Below, piece by piece: positions 25,647 to 37,175 of a DNA stretch of 64,000 nucleotides (positions within the stretch are counted from its first letter, which is position 1; the number at the start of each line of letters is the position of its first letter). The notes beneath the pieces are model-generated. The model did not search any database. It worked only from the letters and a program-made list of their open reading frames with translations, and was not told the DNA's origin. The stretch is from Octopus bimaculoides (taxonomy: Eukaryota), in assembly GCF_001194135.2 (NCBI RefSeq), contig NC_068983.1, positions 87,065,273-87,129,272 on the forward strand. Reading direction: 5' to 3'. Made by a program: the position numbers and the translations under genes.

Positions 25647-26308
25647 TATTTCAGCTTTCGGACACCATAGAATTTTTTTGCAGATTCTGCATTTTTAACC
25701 TTTTTCAGAAATTTTTTACTGGGTATATAGTTATAACCATTACCAACATTAGAGTAGTGAAATTTCTTTAGAATGACTGACAAAATAAAAAAGATGATAT
25801 TGATATTATATCCCTTGCAGTCAGAAAGTTACTTTCTTATCAACTGTTCACTGACCATGTAATGTCACCTTCATAGTCATATCGATGAGTTTTTCGGTGC
25901 AGTCTGTTTAATTACATCGTCTTATGGCTTTTCAAATTTCTGTATTGATGATATCGACGACTTTGATACCCATTTGTCCAAGGAAGAGTGAGATGTTGTA
26001 TTCCTGGGGTTGTTTTTGAACAGTTGTTCTTCGAAGTCCCATACCTCATGAATAAGGAAAATAGAATGGAAGTGGGGAAAGTAAAAATAAAAACCGAAGT
26101 TTTTTGAAAAGAATACTTAAAAAATGCCCTTTTCCTTTCCCATAAGGCACAGGACTTTGAGAGATATTATTATTAGGTCATCTTTGCCTTTCATCCTTTT
26201 GGGGTCAATAAATTGAGTACCAATGAAACACTGGGAGTCAATGTAATCGACTAGTCCCCTCCCCACAAATTTCAGTCCTTGTGACTTTAGTAGAAAAGAT
26301 TATTATTA

Positions 26309-26525
26309 AGGCAGCGAGCTGGCAGAATCGTTAGCACACTGGATGAAATGTTTTGCGGTCTTTTACTCGTCACTACGTTCTGAGTTCAAATTCTGTCGAG
26401 GTTGACTTTGCCTTTTGTCCTTTTTAGGGTCAATAAATTAAGTACCAGTGAAACACTGGGTTTGATGTAATCGACTAGTCCCTTCCCCCAAAATTTCAGG
26501 CCTTATGCCTTATAGAAAGTATTAT
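26309..26525 (+). mobile_element. tRNA-related SINE
   Basis: aaggcagcgagctggcagaatcgttagc head, GAGTTCAAAT box and (TAT)n tail; a partial tandem copy lies just upstream. Confidence 0.75.
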
Positions 26526-27285
26526 TATTAAATTGGTCAAGAGCAAGGGACTGTACCCAAGACCAGTATGATTGACATTTCTTGGAAAGAAGGCATGAGT
26601 GTAGTGCTTAGTGGGTCCTGGAGGTAGACTGTTTAAAATATGAGTGGTGGATCAGCAAGCTTCAAGTAGAAGAGAGTATTGTTGTAGTGATAAAAAGTTA
26701 GAGAGAGAGAGAGCGGATAGTATGTCTGTGAACCAGAAATTGGAATGAGTTGATGAGCAACTTCATCTCTTCAGTTAAGTAGTTAGTCTTCTTTGGATGT
26801 AGTTTAGAAAGTCTGTGTGCATAGCAACAGCACTATCCCAGATATGCTAGCAGTACTCTATTGTGGTTTCCACCTGAACTTTAGAGACTTAGCTGGTGTG
26901 GGTAGAAATATTTTCTAGTTCTGAAAAGTAAGGCTAGTATTTAGGTTAAGGTCTTTGCTACATTGTGTGTATGCGTTCACTTGGAGAGATACACAGAGTT
27001 GGAAAGGCCTTAACATTTGTAGCAACCTGGAGGATTCTTGTTTTTAAGTTCACGCAGTGAAAAGCTCTATCAATAGTGCCAGTAGTTTAGCCAAGTCAAC
27101 AAAATCTTTTCCTTTTTGTGTCTAAAACTGTTGTATTTCATTCACTGTATATATATCAATAAAACAATCTTGTACTCCACCACCTTTTAAACATGAATAC
27201 CATGCAATTTGAACCCTCAGAATTTTTAATTTTAGCTCCTCCCCTGTTTCAGTGTGTCATATCAATGTTTACAATTGTTTTGTAG

Positions 27286-27531
27286 GACTACTTATTGCAG
27301 TCATCAGAGTCATCCAATGACACCACCTTGAAATACTACGGTCATTTTGTTGTCTCTGTCCTTCGTACGTCAGTGACCAGCATCAAAGAAGATGGCCCTC
27401 AGCTTACCTTGTTGTCTATTGTGGATCTCAGCTATAATTACTTCAAGAAGCTTCAGAAACATATCAAACTCACTGATCCCTGTTTCATCTCTAAAATATT
27501 CCATGTGGTTCTGGCATGTATTACAAAAGTG
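27286..27531 (+). CDS. ESPL1: Separase exon 2
   Basis: ttttgtag|GAC; DYLLQSSES...VVLACITKV; GTG|GTAAGT; phase 0/0. Confidence 0.8.
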
Positions 27532-27639
27532 GTAAGTGGTTTTGTTATATACTTTATAATAAGAGAGATAAGGTGTCTGTTTATATACACAAAGAGTGGA
27601 GAGGGATGAAGGTAGTATATTCCATTGGATTTGCAACAT

Positions 27640-27900
27640 CAGTGTGCATGATTGACAAAGCACAACCGTTGAGAGCAAAGTTAAGCATAAGAGGAATTAA
27701 ATGTGGCATGCAGGAGAGGAGAATGTGTTGGTCTGGACATGTGATGCGTATGAATTAAGAGAGCTGTATAAAGAAGTGCCTGTCACTGAAAGTGGATGGT
27801 ACCTGTGGAAAAGGGAGACCCAAGAAGACATGGAATGAAGTGGTGAGGACCAATCTTAAGATGTTTGGCAATATGAAGTTCAAGAGAAGACCTGCCCATG
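27640..27900 (+). mobile_element. RTE-clade LINE 3' fragment
   Basis: LRAKLSIRGI..GMQERRMCWSGHVMRM..CIKKC..L.V.G..GKGRPKKTW, a typical RTE ORF C-terminus. Confidence 0.75.
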
Positions 27901-30900
27901 TCAGTGAAACAGAGTGATAGAAGTGTTATGTCCTAGCCACATGTAACAATAAACTTTTCACACACCCTACCCCAAGAAACCGAACTACATCTCCTCTTCT
28001 AAACTACATCTTTCTCTTCTTCACATTTCCGCTTCATAAACTATGATTGTCTCACTCCTCTTCCCTACCCTCACTGCCCTGCTCACTGTATCACTGCTTT
28101 CCCTTGCTCTTCCTTCTGGCTGAGTAGCAATGTATCTCCTCTACTGCTCTTATTCTTGATCACTCTCTCTCTCCTTCTCTTGCTTTTCCCTTTCTCTGGG
28201 TAACCAAGTATCTCCTTTACATCAGCACACCTGTTTCTGTCCTCTTTCTCTTCCCTCTCTCTTCCTCCCACCTCTATCTCTCAGTAACCATGTACCTCCT
28301 CTATAGGAAGACACCTATTTCTGCCTCTCTATTTCTGTCACACTCTAACCTTTCATCATCTGACATCAGATCACCTCCTCCAGTGCTCCCTCCATTATAG
28401 CAAGAAACCTATTTCTATCTCTGTCACACTATAACCTTTCATCTGACACAAAATCCCTTCCTCCAATGCCCCCGCCCCTCTCAAAATTCCTTGTTTTGTG
28501 AGTTACTTGATGACCCTGCCAGTGCTGGTACCACGTAAAAAGCAACCAGTCCACACTGTAAAGTCGTTGGCATTTGGAAGGGCATCCAACTGTAAAAATC
28601 ATTCCAAAACTGACCTTGACTGTACTAGTGCTACATGAAAAGTACTGAGTCCATTCTGCAGAATGGTTGGTGTTAGGAAGGGTATCCAGCTATAAAAACC
28701 CTGCCAAAACAGACACAGTAGCCTGGGGTAGTCTTCAACCTGGCTGGCTCCTGTCAACTGTTCTACTTATGCATGCGTGGAAGACAGACGTTTCATGATA
28801 TTGATATATAAATACTGTGACTCGAACTGGAATTGTCTCAGCGGCATGGGAGGTAATTCAAACTTGTAAAAATGTTCAGCTGGAAATAGTGTTGCTTGAT
28901 CATATGGAATGTTGTTATGGTACTCTATGTCTTTCTTGGACTTGTTCTCAACTGGAATCATGTTATCACATTCATTATACCTGTGAGTGCTAACTTGAAA
29001 GATGAACTGATTGCCTGTGTTAAAAAGTAAATAGAGAAATCGTGTAGTGGGGAGGCAGTTATTTGTCTTTTTTTCTTATGTCTTATAAATTAACATTGCT
29101 CTCCTCACGACCTCTCAACCAGTTCAGGTTAAAAGAAGATTGGTTAGTTAACTCCCTGAAACATTTGACTGTTTTCATTTCATTTGTTTGCTTTAGATAT
29201 TCTGTATATCTCTGCCCCCCCCTCCCCATTTCATTTGAATGATGTAAAAAGTTGAGAGACATGCTTGCATCACTTTGGTTTAGTTGACTTTTACAGTTTG
29301 ACAATATTCTGGTATTTAGAATATGTGACATGATAGGATGGGGTGGGGGCTATTGTAAAACCATTCAAGAAATCTCATACGAAGGGGGCCAGCGAAACTT
29401 GCAAGGTGTGAAGCAGTTATAGTTACAGTTTGGTGGATATTCAATAAGAGACTATTATTGACAAGATCTGTATTTGGAGCATGAGCCATCACAGTGATAT
29501 ATTGAAGTAGATCAGGAAGATAAGAAACAAAAGGAAGTGAGCAGAAAATTAAGGTGTAGATCAGATTGTTAGAAACCAAGTTTAGTTAGAGGTCCCAGGA
29601 ATGTATATGTACCTTTCAATATCATAACACTGTTATTAACAGTATGTATGGGTGTAATAATTCTTTCTAATTTTGGCACAAGGCCAGTAATTTCAAGGAG
29701 AAGGGATTTGTTGATACTATCAACCCCAGTACTTGACCGATACTTTATTTTATTAATTCTGAAGAATAAAAAGCAAAGTTGATCTTAGCAGTATTTGAAC
29801 TCAGAACATAAAGAGCCAGAACAAGTGCCCTTAAGCTTTTTGCCCGACCCACTAATGATTCTGCTAGCTTCCTCCCTTAGGTATGAATACAATAATCAAA
29901 ACATAATAAGAAATGCAAACTCATTGGTAACATTGTTGTTCTGTTTAAAGAATAAACACCTCTTGAAAGGCAAATTCCTATTCTTCTTCTCTGAGACACA
30001 GTTCTCTCATATATTTCTAAACCATTTCTGATGTCCTGGCTACTCTGTATTCCAACTTCTTTCTGTCAATGTGCTTAGGTAAAATTCATTCTCCTAACTA
30101 CCATATTTATTCATGTATATACACTTTTTTTTCTAGATTTTTAGACTTAAATATTAGAGACAGGCCTCACTAGAGCTGGTGCCATTTGAAAAGCACTCAG
30201 TTCATTTTGTAATGTGATTGGCATCAGGAAAGACATTCAGCCATATAAACCATGCCAAAACAGACAGTGGAGCTTGGTGCAGTCCTCTGGCTTGCCAGTT
30301 CCTGTCATGTCATCCAACCCATGCCAGCATGGAAAACGGACATTAAATGATGATGATGCATAGTACATGAGAACAAATTGTTACCCATTGTTTCTCAATC
30401 ATGTTGCCATATTCAGGATTGAATGACTTAAAATTAGTTATGTATATCTATTGTCCAAGCTAACTGATATGCAATTAAGAAACACGGTCACTCTAATGAT
30501 GTTATATTTTTCTGTAGTAGTGGTAATATATTAAATATTTGGTACAACTGGACATGAGGAATTACTGTCATCAACCTTCAGAACAGAAAGCCAGAATGTA
30601 ATATTTCCAATATCAAAAATACTACTTGAATAATTTAGTAAGATTAAATTAATAAATAATCAATATGGATAATTCTTGGATATTATCTTTATTGAAATGT
30701 GAATATACTCTTTAAAAAAACTTCAAAGATAAATATTTAAGTACTGTAATTATTATAATGAACTGTCATATACATTATTTTAAAAAGAATGAAAATATTT
30801 GATAATGATGGAAGTTTAATAGAAATGTTTACATTTTGCATTATCTTCTATACACGTTGACTTTAAAGTAGATACATTTTTATAGCCTACCCCAGTAAAG

Positions 30901-30938
30901 TTCAAAGATCACATTTGAATTTGCTTATTGTTTTATAG

Positions 30939-31013
30939 ATTTGTGAACTTCCTCAATGCAATTATCATAAATCTGCTAAAATAGTTCATATTCTATACAT
31001 CATTATACTAAAA
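30939..31013 (+). CDS. ESPL1: Separase exon 3
   Basis: ttttatag|ATT; ICELPQCNYHKSAKIVHILYIIILK; weak donor GTAAAA; phase 0/0. Confidence 0.6.
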
Positions 31014-31318
31014 GTAAAACAGTGCATATAATATGCAGTTTTATCTTTGCCTCATTGAAAACTTCAAGGAATTTTTTTGGAAATGGTCAAATTTGCAGAT
31101 TTTCTAAAAACAATGAAATGACAGGAAAAGTGAATGGATGTTGGATTTATTGATTTATTGTAAATCCATTGCAGTATTTATCTTCGTGTTTTTGTTTCTA
31201 TGTTTTAAAAGTTTTATTTGATTTGATTTTTGTCTTTGGATTTTATTTCTGGTTTTCTTATTTTGAAAATACTATTAGGTTGCAAATCAACTAAACTGTT
31301 TTCTTTTTTCTGTTTTAG

Positions 31319-32246
31319 GTTGATTATGTTGACTATGTCTTAAAATTCTCAGAATTATTCTACACTGAGTTGATTGAATTAAAATCTACCAACCAGGATG
31401 TGTCTACTTTAATTAAATCTCCCTATCTACTGAATTTTGCTGTCAAGCTTGAAATGCAGAAGGAGTTTACAAATTTTCAATTGACACTCAGAATCCGACA
31501 TATGGCATTGAAATTATTAACTTTGAATAATCAGAACATTTCTTTATTAGTTTCGGAGTTAGGTCGAACTTTTGAAAGATATCGTAAGCAAAACAATGGG
31601 AATAGTACTGACATTATAAACTGCGAATCTGCAGAAATTTGGGACAGTATTCTAAAGTGTGTTCATTCATCATTGCTCTCTGAACAAGCACCAAACAAAT
31701 TTTTAACTGATGTTCTAGAATTACACATACACCATGCACGTTTTATCTATTTTTATGGTAAACACTACCACAATTCTAAGGCTAATTTTAGGAAAATTCA
31801 ATCATTTCTTCAACAATACACAAAGAAAGGTGATAACTTATTAAAAGGTTTAACTTGTTTATGTGATGCCATCTTGTTATTACAACAAAATGGGACAAAG
31901 GACTTTGATATTAACTTCTTATTTAACTGCATTGAAAATGTAAACAGTAAACTTAAAGGTGTAACCATTGAGACCAATTTCAATTCAAACTTAAGTAATT
32001 TAATTATTGATGCCTATGGAATATTTATTGATTGCTTCTCTCAGTGGGAGCCTTTTAAGACTGGTCAGCTTGAGAAAAATATGTTTCTCACAGTAGTAGA
32101 ATTACTGGATATGAGTGTTTCTGTACTTCACAGAAGGCCTGATGAGGCTGAGAATAATAATGCAAACCGGACAGGAAAATATAATGTGTTCCTACGTAAT
32201 ACATATGTTGTCTACATGGAGGTTTTGTATAGCCTCATAAAAACAG
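31319..32246 (+). CDS. ESPL1: Separase exon 4 (928 nt)
   Basis: Long open frame matching the ORF track (31370-32260); ttttag|GTT acceptor; G|GTAAGT donor; phase 0/1. Confidence 0.88.
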
Positions 32247-32480
32247 GTAAGTCTATGTGACTATTGCTTTTCATAAAGAAATATTCTCAGTTCAAATCTT
32301 TGAAGTTAATGAAATATATATATTTCCCTTTCTGACAAATCTTGGTTCTGTCCCATTATGAGAGATACTTATTCAGGTTATTATCATGTATTAAGATGTC
32401 ATCTTTAAACCTTTAAAGCTAACTTTTCTGAAACAGAGCAAAATAAAGACTGGAGCCATAATTTTTTTCTTGTTTTGAAG

Positions 32481-32597
32481 ATGATGCTGAAGAGTGGTTG
32501 CATGAAGCAGAAAGGGTTGCCAGAATATACTTTTCTGAAGTAACACATTTGTATGATGTTACAAAAAAGATTCTAGAGAAGCATCTTATCTTTATAG
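32481..32597 (+). CDS. ESPL1: Separase exon 5
   Basis: tttttttcttgttttgaag|AT acceptor; (D)DAEEWLHEAERVARIYFSEVTHLYDVTKKILEKHLIFI; G|GTGAGT; phase 1/1. Confidence 0.75.
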
Positions 32598-34487
32598 GTG
32601 AGTATTTAGCTTTTCAGGAAATAATCTTAAATATTTACTATAAAAACTAATGTTTCTCTTAAATATTTGTTGAAAGGGAAATATCCATGTTTGTTGATAG
32701 CTAGTGGAAGCTGCTCATATATTCCAATAAATCATACACTTTGAGCTAAGTATAACAGTGGCAGATCTTGAATTATCTAATGCCTGCAAGATTGAATAGA
32801 CATTTACACAATATATACAATATATGGACAGATGGGAATGCTATTTCAATCAGCTTCTATTGCTATTATGGATGAATGTTTTGAGGCCAAAAAATCAATA
32901 TTTTTTATATTTTGCTATTTTGTCACATTATCTTGTGAAATTATGGCCTCTTTGCTATAATTACATTATCATCATCGTCTAACATCTACTTTCCATGCTG
33001 GGATGGGTTGGATGGTTTGATATGGAACTGGCTAGCAGAGAGCTGTCTTGACTCCAGCTGTCTGTTGAGGCATGGTTTCTATGACTGGGTGCCCTTTCTA
33101 ATACCAACCAGTTAACAGAGTGTGCTGGGTGCTTTTTAAATGGCACCTGCACCTGAAAGGACAAATCTCTATGTGTGGAAGACAGCAATTTTACTTATCT
33201 TGATGTGTCTTATCAAGTACTGCAAATCGCCACATCTTCCGGTCCCATGTCATTTTCCTCAGTAAGGCCTAGCATCTGAAGATCTTTTGCAATAATAATA
33301 TTTACCATTTTTACAGTTGGTTATATTTCAAATTTGGAAGATTTTGATTCTTTTCTGATTTTTATAACTAAATTTAGCAAATAAAGAACAAATCTCCTTA
33401 AGTTTGTTTTTTTCTGGCATATATATATAGAATTAGCATTACTAATTTATTTGCATACATTTATCTTTTCCTTTGTTATTTTAATAACTAGACTAGTATT
33501 ATGAAGACTAAATTTTAAAACCATTTTGTAGTTTAGATTTTGAATTTGAAATTGGTATGCAAACAAGAAAGTGTTTTGTACAAGTTTGGGACTTAAGACA
33601 GAACAGAAAAAATGTGAATTGGGAAGCTAGATATATTAGGTTGATATAAGTAAAGGTAGTGTGTAGCCAGGTGGTTTGCAGGAGCAGAAACTACTATAGT
33701 AAAGGTAGAGGCGGGAAAGACCACTCATATGGCCTAGAAGTTGCAGCCTGTAGGTGAGTGAGTTTAAGCCAATCAGCTGTTTTTCTTATGGCCTGGACAT
33801 TTGCGATTACTTTTTACTTGTTTCAGTCATTGAACTGTGGTCATGCTGGAACACAACCTTGAAGGGTTTTAGTCGAACAAATTGAAACCCAGTACATATA
33901 TTTTTAAAATCTGGTACTTACTGTATTGCTGAACTGCTATGTGAGAAGGACATAAACAAACCAACTCTGATTGTCTAGTAGTGGACTGGGGACAAGCGTG
34001 CACACGCACACAAGACATTGATCAGCCAGGGTATTGTGAAGTGGGGCTGAACCTGAAACCACATGGTTGCAAAACAAGTTTCTTAACTACACAGCAATAA
34101 TTTTGTTTTGATTTTGTTTGGAACATTTGCTTGCAAAGCAGCAGCAGTAGCATCACTATGCCACACATATCTGAGAACAATAGAAAATTGTGGATCACAC
34201 TTCTGTTTTGTAGATGGTCTGCAACAGATCAGAGCTGAAGTATTTTCTGATTGTGAAGACAAAGCAGTGTTTAGGTTGCAGTTTTAACAATAAACAGTGT
34301 TATACATGTATGGTGACCCTTAGTGATCATCAGAGCTTATGACTTAACATCTGTAGCAGAAGGGTTGGGAGTTAGCTGTTTTGTTCATGTGAAATACATG
34401 ATTGTAGTGATTTGGTCTTAATATTGCTGAAGGTAACTTAGTTGTAATGCATCTCCTGAAGATTGTTAATGAAGTTATAATCATTGT

Positions 34488-34930
34488 CTTCATCATCTTT
34501 GTTTAATGTCCGTTTTCCATGCTGGTATGAGTTGGACGGTTTGACAGGAGCTGTCCAGACTCCAGTTGTTTGTTGTGGCATGGTTTCTATGGCTGGCGCC
34601 CTTCCTAATGCCAACCACTTTACACAGTGTGCTGGGTGCTTTTTATGTTGCATTTATGCAACATCAGCATGAGTGCATTTTACGTGGCAATGGCACCTGT
34701 AAAGGACAAGCCTGTATGTATGGATGACTTAGCTTGATGCCTTTTCTCAAGTACAGCAAATCACCACAACTCCCGAACCCTTGTCATTTCCTCAGTGAGA
34801 CCCAGCATCCGAAGATCCTTTCTCATTACTTCATCCCACATCTTTTTGAGTTTATCCCTTCCACAGATTCCCTCAACAATTAGAGATCGGCACTTTTTTA
34901 CACAATTGTCCTCATCCATATGCATTCTCT
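34488..34930 (-). mobile_element. RTE LINE 3' end: ORF C-terminus, 3'UTR and (GAT)n tail
   Basis: RMHMDEDNCVKKCRSLIVEGICGRDKLKKMWDEVMRKDL runs into the abundant ggaagggcatcc...ccagcatggaaa tail. A similar copy lies at 32969-33290. Confidence 0.75.
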
Positions 34931-35251
34931 GGAAATTTGGTGCAAGGTATCTTGGTTGTGTAGGTGTCTGTATGTATGTTTGGAAGGTTAAGAACTGAAG
35001 CATGGTATTGTTTAATTAAAAATGTGTGTGTGTGGTTAGATGTAAGAGTGAAAAAGTTCTTAATGTACAGAAGGAACAAAATGTAAGATGTAACTGAGTT
35101 TTGTGGTACACTAAAATTGATAGCTTGTGGGTTGGAGAGACTCATGTTGTGCCAGAGCAGTCTGACAAGACACTTCTGATCCAAGAAATGAAATTTAAAT
35201 GGAACCTGTATAGATAAAACAATTTTGTTATTGTTGATTCTTTTCATCTAG

Positions 35252-35379
35252 GACAATGGTTGAGAAATTTTGGCCGTTTTTGTTACATTAATGGTTATAA
35301 CGAGCCTGGAATAGGCTTCTATGAGCTATCAATTGAGCTGTTGAGTATTCAGGAGACTTATGGAGAGAATGTTGAGCAG
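35252..35379 (+). CDS. ESPL1: Separase exon 6
   Basis: ttttcatctag|GA; (G)QWLRNFGRFCYINGYNEPGIGFYELSIELLSIQETYGENVEQ; CAG|GTAAGT; phase 1/0. Confidence 0.8.
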
Positions 35380-36353
35380 GTAAGTCACTGAGTTGTCATC
35401 ATTTTAACATACACTTCTTCCATGTTTGCATTGGTCAGATGGGATTTGTTGAGGTTGATTTCCTTCCTGATGCCCACTCTCTCACCAAGCTTCCACTTGT
35501 TTCCAAGCAAGGTAATATTTCCTCATGATCAGACACTTTCACAAAAGTTTGGAAATGAACCACACTGCTTGATGATGGTGATATTTGTATACACTAATGT
35601 GATGTCAAGACAAAGAGACCAAGACACACATGTGCATGTGCACATACACACACATCAGGTTCCTTTCTGTTTCTGTCTATCAGATTCTCTCACAAGGCTT
35701 TGGTTGGCCTTGCGCTATATTAGAAGACACTTGTCCTAGAGTCACATTGTTGGGAAGCAAACTTCTTAATCACACAGCCATGCCTGCATCTATTTAATTC
35801 ATTTACAACTATTTACTTAGTCATTTTCCTCAAATATTTGTAATTAACTTGTCATTTAAGTTCACATCACATAGCAGAAGGATGGAAATATATTTTCATT
35901 GCTAGTATCATGGTAAAATAATTTACTGATTTAAACCTGGCTTCATCAAGATTTGCTGAAAAGAAAATGCAGAGGCTTTTACTGTTCACTCCCTGCTTTA
36001 CTGGTTTTGCTTAGTTTGCAAAGCAGCAGATTTTAAATAAGATTATAGATCTTTAATTGATATAGAAGATAATATTTATAACACTGTGTAGTTCAACTGC
36101 TGAAATATTATTAAAAAATATCTGAGTGCAGGAATTAAGCTTAAAGCTCATTCATCTGATCTTAGAATTTCAGGTAATCTTTGAATACCATAAATTTATT
36201 CTACTTAAATAAAGAAATATCAATGTAATACATTTTTAATGTTTAAACTTTTGTTATGTTGTTTAGTTTTTATAAATTATTTTCCATGGGAAAATTTATA
36301 TGCTTAATTATACCCCCAAGAATATATTGCATGTAATCTTTACTTTTTTTCAG

Positions 36354-36535
36354 AGCTATATAAAGACCTATGAGTATCTTGCTGAATTCTGCAAAAGATG
36401 TGGAAACTGGGAAAAAGCATTAAAAACTGTCATAAGTTGTTTATGTATCAACACAGATGCAGCGATGGTTGCAGCTTTGAAAATGTGGATACGCATAAAA
36501 AAAGAATATAATAAAGACTCAGACCTAACTAATAA
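36354..36535 (+). CDS. ESPL1: Separase exon 7
   Basis: tttttttcag|AGC; SYIKTYEYLAEFCKR...KMWIRIKKEYNKDSDLTN; AA|GTATGT; phase 0/2. Confidence 0.82.
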
Positions 36536-36829
36536 GTATGTAATTTTGGCTATTAAGTTCATTATCATTATTATTTTTATGTCCATTTTCCATGTTGGCA
36601 TGGGTTGGATTGATCTTCTGCGCAGTGCCTCATCACTTGATGCAATATGTTTCATGTCCTTCATTAAGTTCAGCATCCTGAAATCAGCTGTCACTACTTT
36701 TTCCATGTCTTCCTTGATATTCTTTTGCAGGTTCCTTTCACTTAAATTACTTGGTTCTTCTTTACCCAGCTGTTATCACATGTCCATAGCAGTGCAGCTT
36801 TCCTTGCACATTTCATATGATTGTGCCGG

Positions 36830-37175
36830 TGGTACGTAAAAAGCACTATCCGAATGTGATCGATGCCAAGCCCGCCCGACTGGCTCTGATGCTGGTAGCA
36901 CGTAAAAAGTACCCCCTGACTGGCTCCTGTGTCGGTGGCACGTAAAAAGCACTATCCAAGCGTGATCAATGCCAGGCCCGCCTGACTGGCTCTTGTGCCA
37001 GTGGCACATAAAAAGCACCCACTACACTCTCGGAGTGGTTGGCGTTAGGAAGGGCATCCAGCTGTAGAAACATTGCCAGATCAGATTGGAGCCTGGTGCA
37101 GCCGCTGGCCCTTCAGACTTCTTTCAAACTGTCAAAACCATGCCAGCATGGAAAATGGACGTTAAATGATGATGA
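36830..37175 (+). mobile_element. RTE-tail SINE or truncated RTE with internal tandem subrepeats
   Basis: Repeated gactggctc.tgtg.cggtggcacgtaaaaagcac units, then ggaagggcatcc... and a (GAT)n tail. Other family copies at ~4938-5140, 7950-8140, 9215-9580, 28515-28760, 30175-30300, 39650-39830 and 46726-46990. Confidence 0.75.

Noticed and set aside
32437-32480. Frameshift or assembly error in a T7 run in separase exon 5
   Set aside because: The AAG acceptor at 32480 restores phase with no indel needed.
33317-33385. Extra exon after a strong CAG acceptor
   Set aside because: The frame hits TAA before any convincing donor.
34214-34274. Extra separase exon (tag|ATGGTCTG...AG|GTTGCA)
   Set aside because: It would exit in phase 2, but exon 6 needs phase 1, and exons 5 and 6 already join in frame.
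36830-37025. CRISPR-like repeat-spacer array
   Set aside because: Eukaryotic intron, units are degenerate, spacers are repeats of each other, and there are no cas genes.
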